Origin: a virus
DNA length: 50,156 bases
Reading direction: 5' to 3' (one strand)
IMG/VR virus record: IMGVR_UViG_3300045988_128743
The translations under genes were made by a program, and so were the position numbers. The notes under the pieces are model-generated. The model was not told the DNA's origin, made no database searches, and was given only the letters and a program-made list of their open reading frames with translations. This document shows positions 25,979-35,808 of the stretch, one piece after another. The number at the start of each line of letters is the position of its first letter. Position 1 is the first letter of the stretch.

Positions 25979-26014
25979 TATTATAATCACTTTTGAAAAC
26001 TTTGAGTACATTTG
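25979..26014 (+). promoter_or_regulatory. Head-operon promoter: degenerate TATTATAATC box + AAACTTTG / TACATTTG -7 boxes
   Basis: The ttataatcac box at 25981-25990 resembles the 14-mer box. TACATTTG lies at 26007-26014, 36 nt upstream of ATG 26050. Confidence 0.5.
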
Positions 26015-26049
26015 TGCGATATAACACGTTTAGTAAATTTCATACTGGT

Positions 26050-26739
26050 ATGAGACAACAGATTTTAGATGCGCTGAAAGCCAAATTTCAGGGGGTCAGC
26101 GAAAAGATTTTGGGCAGGATAGCCGACAAATTGGCGAAGACTGTAACAACCGCTGAACAGGTGGCAACCGCCGTTGAGGGGGTCACGTTCCAGCAAGTTC
26201 TTGACAGCTACGGTGACAGCCGGGCTACAGAAGCCCAACAGACAGCCGTACACAATTACGAAAGTAAATACGGGCTGAAAGATGGGCAAAAGATTGACGG
26301 GGGTACAGGCGAACAAAACGGCGGTACAACCAAAACCAATCCTCCTGCAGGGGGCGAACAAATTCCAGCTTGGGCACAGGCTCTTATTGACAGTAACAAG
26401 ACAATAACTGACCGTTTGAACAAAATGGATGGCGACCGCACAACTGCAACCCGTAAACAACAACTTACGACTATCATTGAAAAATTGCCGGAAAACCTCC
26501 GCAAAGGTTACGAGCGCATTTCGGTCGATAACCTGTCCGATGAACAGTTCAATACGCTTGTCGGGGAAATAAATACAGAGGTTGAAGGAATTGTAAATGA
26601 TACAAGAGCAAAAGGGGCTGTTTTCGGAAAACCATCTGCACAATCGGGTGCAGGAAATCAAGGGGGCGAACTGACCAAAGAGCAACAGGACGCAATCGCA
26701 CATCGCGAAAACAAGCCATCAGGAGGTCAGCCGTTCTAA
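26050..26739 (+). CDS. Scaffolding protein candidate
   Basis: 229 aa from the first ATG; the track start at 25993 lies inside the promoter. It is helical, has a Gly/Gln-rich linker, and lies upstream of the capsid genes. Confidence 0.5.
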   Translation: MRQQILDALKAKFQGVSEKILGRIADKLAKTVTTAEQVATAVEGVTFQQVLDSYGDSRATEAQQTAVHNYESKYGLKDGQKIDGGTGEQNGGTTKTNPPAGGEQIPAWAQALIDSNKTITDRLNKMDGDRTTATRKQQLTTIIEKLPENLRKGYERISVDNLSDEQFNTLVGEINTEVEGIVNDTRAKGAVFGKPSAQSGAGNQGGELTKEQQDAIAHRENKPSGGQPF

Positions 26740-26768
26740 TGTCTAACAATCAAAAATAAAAAAGAACT

Positions 26769-27344
26769 ATGGCAATGACAGTTCAAAGACGCAAGGACAC
26801 GAAAGTACCTCGTGTCTTCATGCACAGGATAGCGGATATCAGAGGAGGTGTGTCCGTTAAAATATCGGAACTTGGAGGCGATTATCTCCATGAGGGGGCT
26901 GTACTTAGTGCAGCAGATAACGGTATCTGCCATGTAGTAAAAATCGCAGAGGTGGTTGAACAGGCTGAAAACAATGCGACAGCTATCAAGGTAAAGAAAG
27001 GTCATAACTTCGTTGTCGGCAACATAGTCATGGCTGACGAGGGTAAAAAGGCTTATGCAATCACTGGAATTGATACAGCCGGAAGCAAGACCTACGATAC
27101 CATTACAGTAAAAACAACACTTGGAGAAGTAATTCCTATCGGTGGTTTTCTTATTGAGGCAAAAGCAGAATCATCTGCAACGTCTTCCGCATTAAAGTAC
27201 ATTCCACAATCTATGGTAGGTACAGGAAAGCCTATTGTAAGCGGACAGAACATCGACACGGATGCGTGGGTTATCGGTGTAACCAAAGGGCGTGCGCTCC
27301 CGGAATGTGTCGCAAAGCACCTCAAATGTATCGTAAACTATTAA
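26769..27344 (+). CDS. Head-associated protein (decoration/head-fibre-like), function uncertain
   Basis: 191 aa, between the scaffold-like gene and the major capsid gene. Confidence 0.4.
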   Translation: MAMTVQRRKDTKVPRVFMHRIADIRGGVSVKISELGGDYLHEGAVLSAADNGICHVVKIAEVVEQAENNATAIKVKKGHNFVVGNIVMADEGKKAYAITGIDTAGSKTYDTITVKTTLGEVIPIGGFLIEAKAESSATSSALKYIPQSMVGTGKPIVSGQNIDTDAWVIGVTKGRALPECVAKHLKCIVNY

Positions 27345-27358
27345 AACATTGATTTATT

Positions 27359-28450
27359 ATGGCAACAATCGTAAATACACTTATTCAAGGGCTGACGCAG
27401 CAGATGGTTCAAGCTCGCTTGAATACAGCCGATGCAACACCGTTCCTTTTCGCCACCCATTTCCCGGTTAAAAAGGTAAACGGATTCATTTGGCGTACGT
27501 TGCAGAACCAGCTCGAAAAGAAAAACGTAGCAGCCGACCTGCATACAGACAACGGAACTACGTTACGTAAGCACCGTCCTATCTTTGAAAGTGCAAAAGG
27601 CGATATCCCGTTTATTTCAATCAGCCGTGAACTTACACGTTCTGAAATAAAAGATTATCAGACTGCGCTTGCTTTCGCACAGGACGAAGATGCTATAAAG
27701 CTCGTTCAATATTGGGGAAATGATGTCGATTTCTGTTTCAACGGCGTACAGTCCGAATTGGAATATATCGCATGGAAACTTGCTTCAAACGCAGGAGTAT
27801 TGAGTTTCACTACAACCAACAACGCAACATACGCCAACGAGTTTGACCTTGACTATGATGTGGATGATGATATGAAAATTTATACCTCGGCTGACTGGGG
27901 AAACAAATCATCTGCTGATATTATCGGGGACTTGGCAAAAGCAGTAAAGTTGGCAAAAGCTAAAAACTTGAACCCTAAGTTTGCATTTATCAACCTTGAC
28001 GAATTATACCGAATCTGTTCAGCAGACCAAATCATCAAGGCGTGTGCGTCTTTCGCTGCAAACGCATTAAGCATTCAACAGACACCCGACCTTGCAACTG
28101 TAAACTCAATGTTGGCAAGACAGGCTTGGCTCAACGGTATTCAGTTGAGAGTTATCGACCAGACTATTACTCGTGAGCTGACAGACGGAACGCTGACATC
28201 CGGCAACCCGTTTGAAGACCGCCGCTTGATTCTGTCCGAAACAGAACGCCTCGGAACAACTCAGTACGATATTCTCCAAGAGAACAACGACATGATTATC
28301 CGAGCTGAACGTGCGCACACGATTATCAAAAAGTATGGGACAGCAGAACCGCAGAGTGAGGTTACAATCGGACAGGCTGATGCCGTTCCTGTATTTGATA
28401 CTGCGTATCGAAACATCTACATCAAGACTGACGGTTCAGATTGGAAGTAA
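27359..28450 (+). CDS. Major capsid protein
   Basis: 363 aa, sized and positioned after the scaffold and decoration-like genes. Confidence 0.65.
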   Translation: MATIVNTLIQGLTQQMVQARLNTADATPFLFATHFPVKKVNGFIWRTLQNQLEKKNVAADLHTDNGTTLRKHRPIFESAKGDIPFISISRELTRSEIKDYQTALAFAQDEDAIKLVQYWGNDVDFCFNGVQSELEYIAWKLASNAGVLSFTTTNNATYANEFDLDYDVDDDMKIYTSADWGNKSSADIIGDLAKAVKLAKAKNLNPKFAFINLDELYRICSADQIIKACASFAANALSIQQTPDLATVNSMLARQAWLNGIQLRVIDQTITRELTDGTLTSGNPFEDRRLILSETERLGTTQYDILQENNDMIIRAERAHTIIKKYGTAEPQSEVTIGQADAVPVFDTAYRNIYIKTDGSDWK

Positions 28451-28462
28451 AAACTGCTGACT

Positions 28463-28798
28463 ATGGAAACAGTTCTTGAAGCTCTTAAAGGAATAAACGC
28501 ATATCCTGTTCCTCTCCGTACAATCCAAAGGATTGCGGAGAAACGGGGTATAGTGTTACAGGACGAAGCCACACAGGAAATGCAGCAGAGCCGGGGGTAC
28601 AACCTTGCCGTTGCAGACCTGTTACAGTGGTTGTCCGAAGCTCCGAATGTTTCACAGGGAGGTCAGTCCTATACGTTTTCGGATGGGCAACGCACACAGC
28701 TAAGAAACCGTGCGAACAGCCTGTACAAAGACTTCGGAGCTGACAAGGAAGCAGGAAACCCAAAACCTATTTACGGATATAAAGGTTCACGATTATGA
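28463..28798 (+). CDS. Head-tail connector/adaptor candidate
   Basis: 111 aa, directly after the capsid gene. Confidence 0.4.
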   Translation: METVLEALKGINAYPVPLRTIQRIAEKRGIVLQDEATQEMQQSRGYNLAVADLLQWLSEAPNVSQGGQSYTFSDGQRTQLRNRANSLYKDFGADKEAGNPKPIYGYKGSRL

Positions 28799-29118
28799 TT
28801 ATTCAAAACGGTACAATCGAATTGAAACAGAAAACAGGCGGTGGAATAAACCCGGACACAGGATTTCCCAATAAGCCTATATCCGAAACGTGGGGCGAGC
28901 CTATCCCCTGTCAGTATTATGCAAACAAGTATAACAATCTTGGGCGTGTGGATGGTATGAGTTTCAAAACTGCCTCTTATACAATACTGATTGAGGAACA
29001 GCCGTTCAACGGCGAGCAGGTAAGACTGAAATCACTTGACGGGAATACTGTCGGAGAATTTTCCGTAATATCGGTTGAACTGTTAGAAGCAGTCTGTGAA
29101 TTAAAGGTTTTAGTCTAA
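28795..29118 (+). CDS. Head-tail joining protein candidate
   Basis: 107 aa, with an ATGA overlap onto the upstream gene. Confidence 0.4.
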   Translation: MIIQNGTIELKQKTGGGINPDTGFPNKPISETWGEPIPCQYYANKYNNLGRVDGMSFKTASYTILIEEQPFNGEQVRLKSLDGNTVGEFSVISVELLEAVCELKVLV

Positions 29119-29191
29119 CAAAGCGATTTCAGCCCGTATGACAGCGTTTCTTTTTTATTCGATGGAATGTACCAATAAAGAAAGGAAACGC

Positions 29192-29220
29192 CACATAGCG
29201 GAAATTCGCCAAAAATAACT
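29192..29220 (+). repeat. Conserved pre-ATG element copy e (CACATAGCGGAAATTCGCCAAAAATAACT)
   Basis: Lies in a 109-nt gap, 7 nt upstream of ATG 29228. Confidence 0.65.
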
Positions 29221-29227
29221 TGAAATT

Positions 29228-29674
29228 ATGCCAATTAAGCAAACGACACCGCAGTTTAAGGTTGAGCAGCACATCCGGGAACGGATTGAGCGGATAAAGC
29301 AAGCTATCATATACAACCTGTGCGCAATAGGCGAAAAGGTTCGTAACGAGGCTTTGACAAACGGCTCATACACCGACCGCACAAAGAACCTGCGAAGTTC
29401 TATCGGGTATGTCGTTGTCGTGGATGGAAAAGTTCAAAAAATTGGAGATTTCGGCAAGTCTGACGGGAACAAAGAGGGAAAGGACACGGGCAAAAACTAT
29501 GCTCTTTCACTCGTTAAGGAATATCCGAAAGGAATAACCCTTATCGTTGTCGCCGGGATGAAATACGCCGCTTATGTATCAGCTAAAGGTTATAATGTGC
29601 TTGAAAGTTCGGAACTGCTGGCAGATCAGCTCGTGCCGGATATGTTAAAACAACTCGGAATTAAATACAGGTAA
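29228..29674 (+). CDS. Neck/tail-completion protein candidate
   Basis: 148 aa, positioned between the head and tail-tube genes. Confidence 0.4.
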   Translation: MPIKQTTPQFKVEQHIRERIERIKQAIIYNLCAIGEKVRNEALTNGSYTDRTKNLRSSIGYVVVVDGKVQKIGDFGKSDGNKEGKDTGKNYALSLVKEYPKGITLIVVAGMKYAAYVSAKGYNVLESSELLADQLVPDMLKQLGIKYR

Positions 29675-29677
29675 ACA

Positions 29678-30103
29678 ATGGCAAAGACAGCAAAACAGGT
29701 TCAAGGCGACATCTATCAGTTGTTAAAGGAAAGCCGTTTGGCGACACAACTCTCCGGAGGAGTGTACCGTGGAACACCTGAAAGCAGCTACCGTCCTCGT
29801 GACAGCCAAAAGGAGGATGCCATAGTGATTTTTACGGCAGGAAAACCCGGACAGGTTCAAACGGGGGCAATTACCATAAACATATATGTCCCCGATATTG
29901 ACCCTTATAACAACGGGATTCTCGCAGAGGACGGAAAGCGTACGGCAGAGATAGAGCAGCTCGCACAAGAATGGGTTGACAGTCTTATCGACAATGTTTA
30001 TACATACGATTTTGAGCAATCCGACACAATTTACACGGAAGCAGAACCGAAAATAAACCAGCACTTTGTTGTCGTGAAGCTGAAATACAAATTATGTGAA
30101 TAA
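29678..30103 (+). CDS. Tail terminator/neck protein candidate
   Basis: 141 aa, immediately upstream of the tail-tube candidate. Confidence 0.4.
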   Translation: MAKTAKQVQGDIYQLLKESRLATQLSGGVYRGTPESSYRPRDSQKEDAIVIFTAGKPGQVQTGAITINIYVPDIDPYNNGILAEDGKRTAEIEQLAQEWVDSLIDNVYTYDFEQSDTIYTEAEPKINQHFVVVKLKYKLCE

Positions 30104-30131
30104 AATATCAAACCAATAACTCATTAGAATT

Positions 30132-30659
30132 ATGGCAAAGAAACTTATCATGTCATGGTCTAAGTGTAAGATTGAAGTTGGCAAAACAGGAGCGTCAGAC
30201 GCTATGGCTGCTGAACTTTTCTCACTTGGTATCATCAAGGACAAAAGTACTTCCATGAGTACGGAAGATGGGGACACACTGACTGCAAAAGCTTCGGGCG
30301 GTGTCGTTGTTGCAGAGGAAGAGGGAGAGCCACAGGTAACTATTACCACCCGTATTATGGAAATGGATTTCGACACTGAAAACAAGCTTACCGGAGCTGC
30401 AAAATCAGGAGATTCAGGAAGCGAGGAGCTGACAGTAAAGACCAATGTTATCCCCGAAGATTTCTCCGTAAAAGTTACTCCTAAAAACATCGGAGCTACA
30501 GGTGTTAAAGTTAGACGTGCGCATATTTCATTCCGTCCCGGTTCATCCGAAGAGGAAGGACATTACGTTGATGTTACGTTCAAAATACTTGCTTGCGAAG
30601 ATGGTGAGCTTTACAAGAAGTTCAAGGTTCAGAGTACAGACTGGGCAGAAAAAGCCTAA
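30132..30659 (+). CDS. Major tail (tube) protein candidate
   Basis: 175 aa, the last gene before the G/GT chaperone pair and the tape measure. Confidence 0.55.
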   Translation: MAKKLIMSWSKCKIEVGKTGASDAMAAELFSLGIIKDKSTSMSTEDGDTLTAKASGGVVVAEEEGEPQVTITTRIMEMDFDTENKLTGAAKSGDSGSEELTVKTNVIPEDFSVKVTPKNIGATGVKVRRAHISFRPGSSEEEGHYVDVTFKILACEDGELYKKFKVQSTDWAEKA

Positions 30660-30720
30660 AATGAGATTTGACGTGTGGAGAGACACCCCTTTGCTGTTCG
30701 GCAGGATAGAACAGCCATTC

Positions 30721-30805
30721 GGAGGGTTGGCAGAGCGGCTTAATGCACCTCATTGCTAACGAGGCGTGCGGAAACGTACCGGAGGTTCAAATCCTCCACC
30801 CTCCG
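30721..30805 (+). tRNA. tRNA-Ser (anticodon GCU), type II with long variable arm
   Basis: It has a 7-bp acceptor stem (GGAGGGT/ACCCTCC), D arm GCAG..., anticodon loop TTGCTAA (U33, GCT, A37), variable stem GTGCG-GAAA-CGTAC, T arm GGAGG-TTCAAAT-CCTCC and discriminator G. No CCA is encoded. There is one A-C mismatch at position 31-39. Confidence 0.8.
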
Positions 30806-30828
30806 CAAACGAATAAATATATTTCAGT

Positions 30829-31350
30829 ATGACAGAACAGAAACAAACCATAGAAAGCAAAGTTGCGGCGGCTATACTTGAAAAGCCTATTGCAACAATT
30901 GAATTGGAGGGGGTAAAATACAATATTGCACCACCTTCTATTTCCACGTTGATACTCGTGTCTGAAATAATTTCAACGCTTCCACAGGTTAATGATGTGC
31001 CAAAGGATAAAATAGTTTATTCTGCATTGCATTATGCGAAAGATTTCAAGCAACTCGGCGACATTGTTGCTGTGCTTATTTTAGGCGCAAAAGGATTGAC
31101 AGAAACCGTAACACGAAAAGTTGTCAAAAAGCGTTTCTTCGGGCTGATAAAAAGCGAAAAGGAGGAAATTATAACCATTGACAGAAAAGCAGAACTTTCA
31201 AAACTCGTGTTGGATAATATACGCCCGTCTGTTATGCTGAATATAATTATCCGAAGACTTAACGATTTGGAAATAGGAGATTTTTTCGGTATTACCACTT
31301 CCCTTGCAGAAGCCAACATTCTAAGTCCGACAAAGGAAGTGGAAAACTGA
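30829..31350 (+). CDS. Tail assembly chaperone (gpG-like)
   Basis: 173 aa, directly upstream of the tape measure. It contains the slippery heptamer near its 3' end. Confidence 0.7.
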   Translation: MTEQKQTIESKVAAAILEKPIATIELEGVKYNIAPPSISTLILVSEIISTLPQVNDVPKDKIVYSALHYAKDFKQLGDIVAVLILGAKGLTETVTRKVVKKRFFGLIKSEKEEIITIDRKAELSKLVLDNIRPSVMLNIIIRRLNDLEIGDFFGITTSLAEANILSPTKEVEN

Positions 31351-31580
31351 ATGACAGCATCTGGGCAACAGTCCTCGGAGTGGCAAAGACTTTCGGCGTA
31401 ACAGCGCAGGAGGCACTTTATGACATGAGTTATGTTAATGCCATAATGTACAGCAAAGCCGTGCCAATGTATGATGACAAACCATCAGAAGAAGACAAGC
31501 CTCTTTACGATGATACACTTGATGCAAACGACACGAGCAAATTCAATGATTTTGAAGACGAAGAAATTGTAAGAGTATGA
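30829..31580 (+). CDS. Tail assembly chaperone frameshift fusion (gpGT-like), -1 shift at 31281-31287
   Basis: 153 codons in frame 0 plus 97 codons in the -1 frame. The stop overlaps the tape-measure ATG as ATGA. Confidence 0.6.
31281..31287 (+). other. -1 programmed ribosomal frameshift slippery heptamer T-TTT-TTC
   Basis: In the G frame it reads GAT TTT TTC. The -1 frame is open from 31263 to 31580. Confidence 0.7.
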
Positions 31581-34500
31581 ACGACAACGGTAGAACAAAC
31601 TATTCGGTAAGCCTTGACACATCTGAATTGGAGGCTTCTGCTAAGAAAGTTATAAACACTTTCAAGACAATGGGCAATGACATAGAAAAAGAGGGAAAGC
31701 GGATTGACAATACATTCAAGAGTATTGGCGGCAAATCGCTTGTGGGTATCTCTATGAAAAGCCTTGGGGATGATGTCAAAAAAGCGAGAGCCGACATAGA
31801 ACAGTCCTTTATCCGTATCGACAAAATGAGCATGGAGGCTTTCGGCTCTATGTCATCAAAGGCACAACAACTTGCCAAGGACATACAGAACGATACCGTT
31901 ATGCTCAAACAGCTTGAAATGATGCAAACCGCCTTGAATGATACCTACGAAAAAGGCGGCGTATCTCTGAATGAATATATTACAGCACAGGCAAGGCTCG
32001 CAGTCCTGCATGAACAGGTAGAAAATGCTATCATTGAAAATGACAAGGCATTGAAAGCAGAAAATACAACAATGGAAATTGCAGAGGATAGTATCGCCTC
32101 CCTGCAAGCCAAAGTTTCGCTGCTTACGGTTGAATATATGCGCTTGTCGCAAGCCCAAAGAGAGGGCACAGAGGGGCAAGCCGTATTAAAGAATCTGACA
32201 GAGGTACAAAATAAGCTGCAACAGACGACAGCCTCCATGAACCAATACGCAAGAAGTGCCGGAACTAAATTTGACGGATTGAATTTCAGCGTACAGCAGA
32301 TCGCCCGTGAGCTCCCTGTTTTGGCAATGTCTCCGCAGATGTTCTTTTTAGCTATCAGCAATAACCTGCCGATTTTCACAGATGAAGTTGCTAAAGCAAG
32401 AAAAGAGTATCAACTGCTCACGGAAGCCGGGAAATCCGCTACTCCTGTATGGAAACGTGTCCTGTCTTCAATGTTCAGTTGGCAAACATTATTAGTTGTC
32501 GGCATAACACTTCTTACCGCTTATGGCGATGAGATTATTTCATGGGTCGGAAGCCTGTTCACAGCTAAAAAGGCTCTATCAGAAACATACGGAAGTCTTG
32601 AAGAATGGCAAAATAAGGTAGCAGAAAGTGCAGGAGAAACGCTGTCCGTTCTTGAAAAATTGTCTATGGGTTGGATAGAGCTTGGCGACAATATGGAAGC
32701 CAAAGAACAATACATCATAAACAACAAAAATGAAATAGACAAATTAGGTGTCGTTATCAATGACGTAAATGATGCGGAACGTGTCTTCAATTCAGGAAAG
32801 GATAGTTTTATTAGTGCTGTTATGGCAAAAGCACAGGCAGCAGCCACAATGGAACTTGCAGCGGAAGAATATAAGAAAGCATTGCAAAAAATGTTGGAAG
32901 CTGATGCGAAAGCTAAAGAGGGACCGTCTGCTGGAGATTATTTCAAGTCATTTATGGCTAACAGCGTGAGAGGAGAAGATATGTCCGGTACATTGTTGAA
33001 TGCTGATTTAAGTCCTGAAGCATACGCCAAAGAAGCTGAGGAAAAAATGAGGAAAGCCGGGGAAGATTATATGAAATCATTCTTCGAGCTTATCAAGAAA
33101 TCAGATGAATTGGGTAAAGAATATGCTGAAAAACTTGGAGCTGCAAACATTCAATCAACCGAAACAATGATAGCAGGTTCTGTGGAAGCCATCGAAGCCT
33201 CCATAGCCATTAAACAACAGGCTTTGAAGAAAGTTACCAACCGGGAAGATTATGCCAAAATTGAAGCACAGATAAAAGAGGAGCAAAAAAGATTGGATGC
33301 CATAAAAGGAACATCCGGGAATAAAAACGCTGAAAAGGAAGCGGAACAGGCAAGAAAAGCGTTGGAACAAGCGCACAATGAACTCATGAACCTACGTTCC
33401 CAAAATCAGCAAGAGGAAATCAATTTAATGGCAGACGGGGCAGAGAAAAAGCGCAAGCAACTCGAACTCGACTACCAAAAAGAGTATGCGGAAACACTTG
33501 CTCTCGAAAAGAAATGGATGAAGCTCGGCGGCGGTAAACTTTCAATGGAGCAACAGGTGGAAATATCCCGTAAGTACACAAATGCAGAAAACAAGTTCAA
33601 TTCCGGGATTGCCGCCCTTGAGGGTGGTTTCAGCCAAGAGGAACTGAATGCATCCATGAACAAATACCTTGCCGCATACGGAACTTACGTTGAAAAGAGG
33701 AATGCTATTATCGCACAGGCTACCGCAAACAAGGAAGGTAAAAACGAATGGGAGCAAAAATCCATAGATGAAGAGACCAAACGTGCCTTGTCTGAATTGG
33801 ATATAGAAGCCAACAAGACTACATCTGCCATAAGCCAGTTATTCGGCGATATGAGGGATAAAACACTTAACGACCTCCAGCAAATAAACGCACAGGGACA
33901 GGCGGCGTTGGCGTTTCTGAAATCGGGAGAATGGGACGAAGACAAAGGTAAACAGTTCGGAATATCACAAGAAACTTTTGAACTGTGGAGTAAATCTCCT
34001 GATAAGCTGAAAGATATATCTGATGCTTTACGGGACAACAAGGAGGCGGCAGATGAACTTCGCCCGGCATACGATAAAGTGGCTGACGGTTTGGAACGTA
34101 TGTTCAAAGCCGGGAATGATACCAAAAAGCTAAAGGAGGCTTTGGCTGATATTGAAGATGGGATGAACGAAATAATGCAGATAGGTTCGTTCCTTTCTGA
34201 CACGTTCTCAAATCTCGGAGAGGCTTTTGGTTCTGACGCTTTATCAGGAATTGCAGACGGTATCAACGTAGCTATGGATGCTGTAAACTCTGCCATGCAG
34301 GGAGCACAAGCCGGAGCAATGTTCGGACCTATCGGAGCTGCAGCTGGAGCCGCCATCGGTATGGTAAGTTCCCTCGCATCTGCAATAGCAAAAATCCATG
34401 ACAAGAAAAACGAAAAGCGAATACAACAGCTACAAGACCAAATAGATGCGCTTGATACCTCTTACGATAACTTGGGGCGTTCCATTGAAAAAGCATATTC

Positions 34501-35314
34501 AAAGGACGCTTCCAAACTTATTGAACAGAAGAACACCCTGTTAGAGAAGAAGAAAGTGCTTATCCAGCAGCAGATAGCGGAGGAAATGGATAAAAAGGAT
34601 TCTGATGATGGACGTATCAAAGAATGGCAGCAACAGATTGACGATATAAATAACCTCATTGAGGATAATAAAGAAAAAGCCAATGATGCAATCTTCGGGC
34701 AGGATATTCAAAGTGCCATTGATGACTTTGCACAGGCTTATGTAGATGCTTGGGCTGCAGGTGACGACAAGGTAAAGGCTTCCAAGGATTTGGTAAAGGA
34801 TATGATAAAACAGATGATAACCGAAGCCATGAAAGCCACTATAAGCCCTGATATGGAACGCTTACGAGAAACCATGAGGGGTTTTTGGTCTGATGGATTC
34901 ATCAGCGATTGGGAAAAGGATTACCTCGAAAGAATGGCTGCGGACATGACAAACAGGCTTGAGAACCAGTACGGATGGGCTGATGACTATTTCAAGGAAG
35001 AGGAAGAAGATCCGGAACGTGAGGGGACGCAAAAGGGTATAGCCACTGCATCGCAGGAAAGCGTGGATGAAAACAATGCCAGACTTACAACCATGCAAGG
35101 GCATACGTACACACTTATGGAAGGTCAAAAAGAATTGATAACCATCGGAAACAGGATGCTTGAACACCTTGCCGGAATTGAAAGTAACACATCTACAACC
35201 AATGAAAGGCTGAATGAAACCAACGCCAAAATTGATAATGTAGATAAGAAAATTAGCCGGATGTCCGGGACACTTGAAGATATTAATACAAAGGGATTGA
35301 AACTTAAAAAATAA
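31577..35314 (+). CDS. Tape measure protein
   Basis: 1245 aa and coiled-coil rich. It has hydrophobic/glycine-zipper segments (LPVLAMSPQMFFLAISNNLPIF; GAMFGPIGAAAGAAIGMVSSLASAIA) and follows G/GT. Confidence 0.85.
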   Translation: MNDNGRTNYSVSLDTSELEASAKKVINTFKTMGNDIEKEGKRIDNTFKSIGGKSLVGISMKSLGDDVKKARADIEQSFIRIDKMSMEAFGSMSSKAQQLAKDIQNDTVMLKQLEMMQTALNDTYEKGGVSLNEYITAQARLAVLHEQVENAIIENDKALKAENTTMEIAEDSIASLQAKVSLLTVEYMRLSQAQREGTEGQAVLKNLTEVQNKLQQTTASMNQYARSAGTKFDGLNFSVQQIARELPVLAMSPQMFFLAISNNLPIFTDEVAKARKEYQLLTEAGKSATPVWKRVLSSMFSWQTLLVVGITLLTAYGDEIISWVGSLFTAKKALSETYGSLEEWQNKVAESAGETLSVLEKLSMGWIELGDNMEAKEQYIINNKNEIDKLGVVINDVNDAERVFNSGKDSFISAVMAKAQAAATMELAAEEYKKALQKMLEADAKAKEGPSAGDYFKSFMANSVRGEDMSGTLLNADLSPEAYAKEAEEKMRKAGEDYMKSFFELIKKSDELGKEYAEKLGAANIQSTETMIAGSVEAIEASIAIKQQALKKVTNREDYAKIEAQIKEEQKRLDAIKGTSGNKNAEKEAEQARKALEQAHNELMNLRSQNQQEEINLMADGAEKKRKQLELDYQKEYAETLALEKKWMKLGGGKLSMEQQVEISRKYTNAENKFNSGIAALEGGFSQEELNASMNKYLAAYGTYVEKRNAIIAQATANKEGKNEWEQKSIDEETKRALSELDIEANKTTSAISQLFGDMRDKTLNDLQQINAQGQAALAFLKSGEWDEDKGKQFGISQETFELWSKSPDKLKDISDALRDNKEAADELRPAYDKVADGLERMFKAGNDTKKLKEALADIEDGMNEIMQIGSFLSDTFSNLGEAFGSDALSGIADGINVAMDAVNSAMQGAQAGAMFGPIGAAAGAAIGMVSSLASAIAKIHDKKNEKRIQQLQDQIDALDTSYDNLGRSIEKAYSKDASKLIEQKNTLLEKKKVLIQQQIAEEMDKKDSDDGRIKEWQQQIDDINNLIEDNKEKANDAIFGQDIQSAIDDFAQAYVDAWAAGDDKVKASKDLVKDMIKQMITEAMKATISPDMERLRETMRGFWSDGFISDWEKDYLERMAADMTNRLENQYGWADDYFKEEEEDPEREGTQKGIATASQESVDENNARLTTMQGHTYTLMEGQKELITIGNRMLEHLAGIESNTSTTNERLNETNAKIDNVDKKISRMSGTLEDINTKGLKLKK

Positions 35315-35319
35315 CGATT

Positions 35320-35808
35320 ATGGATGAGCTTATAAATAACACTTGGGAACAATGGAAAGCTGCCAAATCAGCGGCTCAATCCTTATGCAATGAAACAGCC
35401 CGTTACGACATGGCTCAAAAGCTCGGGGCGTGCGCCATGTTCAAGGGGACTGAAAGCCTTGAAGATTTGGTTAAGTTGATGTTCACTCCAAGAGGAATTG
35501 AGTTTATGACAAGATTCCATTTCCCGGACATTGATACTTTTCGAAAATTCAAGCCTATGTATCCTGAAAGATACGGGGTCTATATTGATTGCGGCGAAAT
35601 AAGCCTGTCAGAAGCGAGAAAAGTTTTTTTGGTAGGAAACACCGTTGCGAGATTGAAGTACCGGGACATCGCAAGCAATCGGCTTTATTTAATGTGTGGT
35701 GCTGTTGCCCATATAGACGCAGGAGGTTATGCTGTTGTCAGAGTTGAAAAAGATGATGTTTCAAAAATAGAATTCATGGAGAAAGACCATGCAAGTGTGC
35801 TGTTATGA
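35320..35808 (+). CDS. Hypothetical tail-module protein
   Basis: 162-aa ORF after the tape measure. Confidence 0.5.
   Translation: MDELINNTWEQWKAAKSAAQSLCNETARYDMAQKLGACAMFKGTESLEDLVKLMFTPRGIEFMTRFHFPDIDTFRKFKPMYPERYGVYIDCGEISLSEARKVFLVGNTVARLKYRDIASNRLYLMCGAVAHIDAGGYAVVRVEKDDVSKIEFMEKDHASVLL

Noticed and set aside
26065-26703. 212-aa minus-strand ORF
   Set aside because: It is antisense to the scaffold-like gene, which sits correctly in the head operon behind a promoter.
33685-34404. 239-aa minus-strand ORF (and other antisense ORFs 31600-35352)
   Set aside because: These are shadow ORFs inside the tape measure gene, with Ala/Ser/Pro-rich translations mirroring the Ala/Gly/Glu-rich sense frame.
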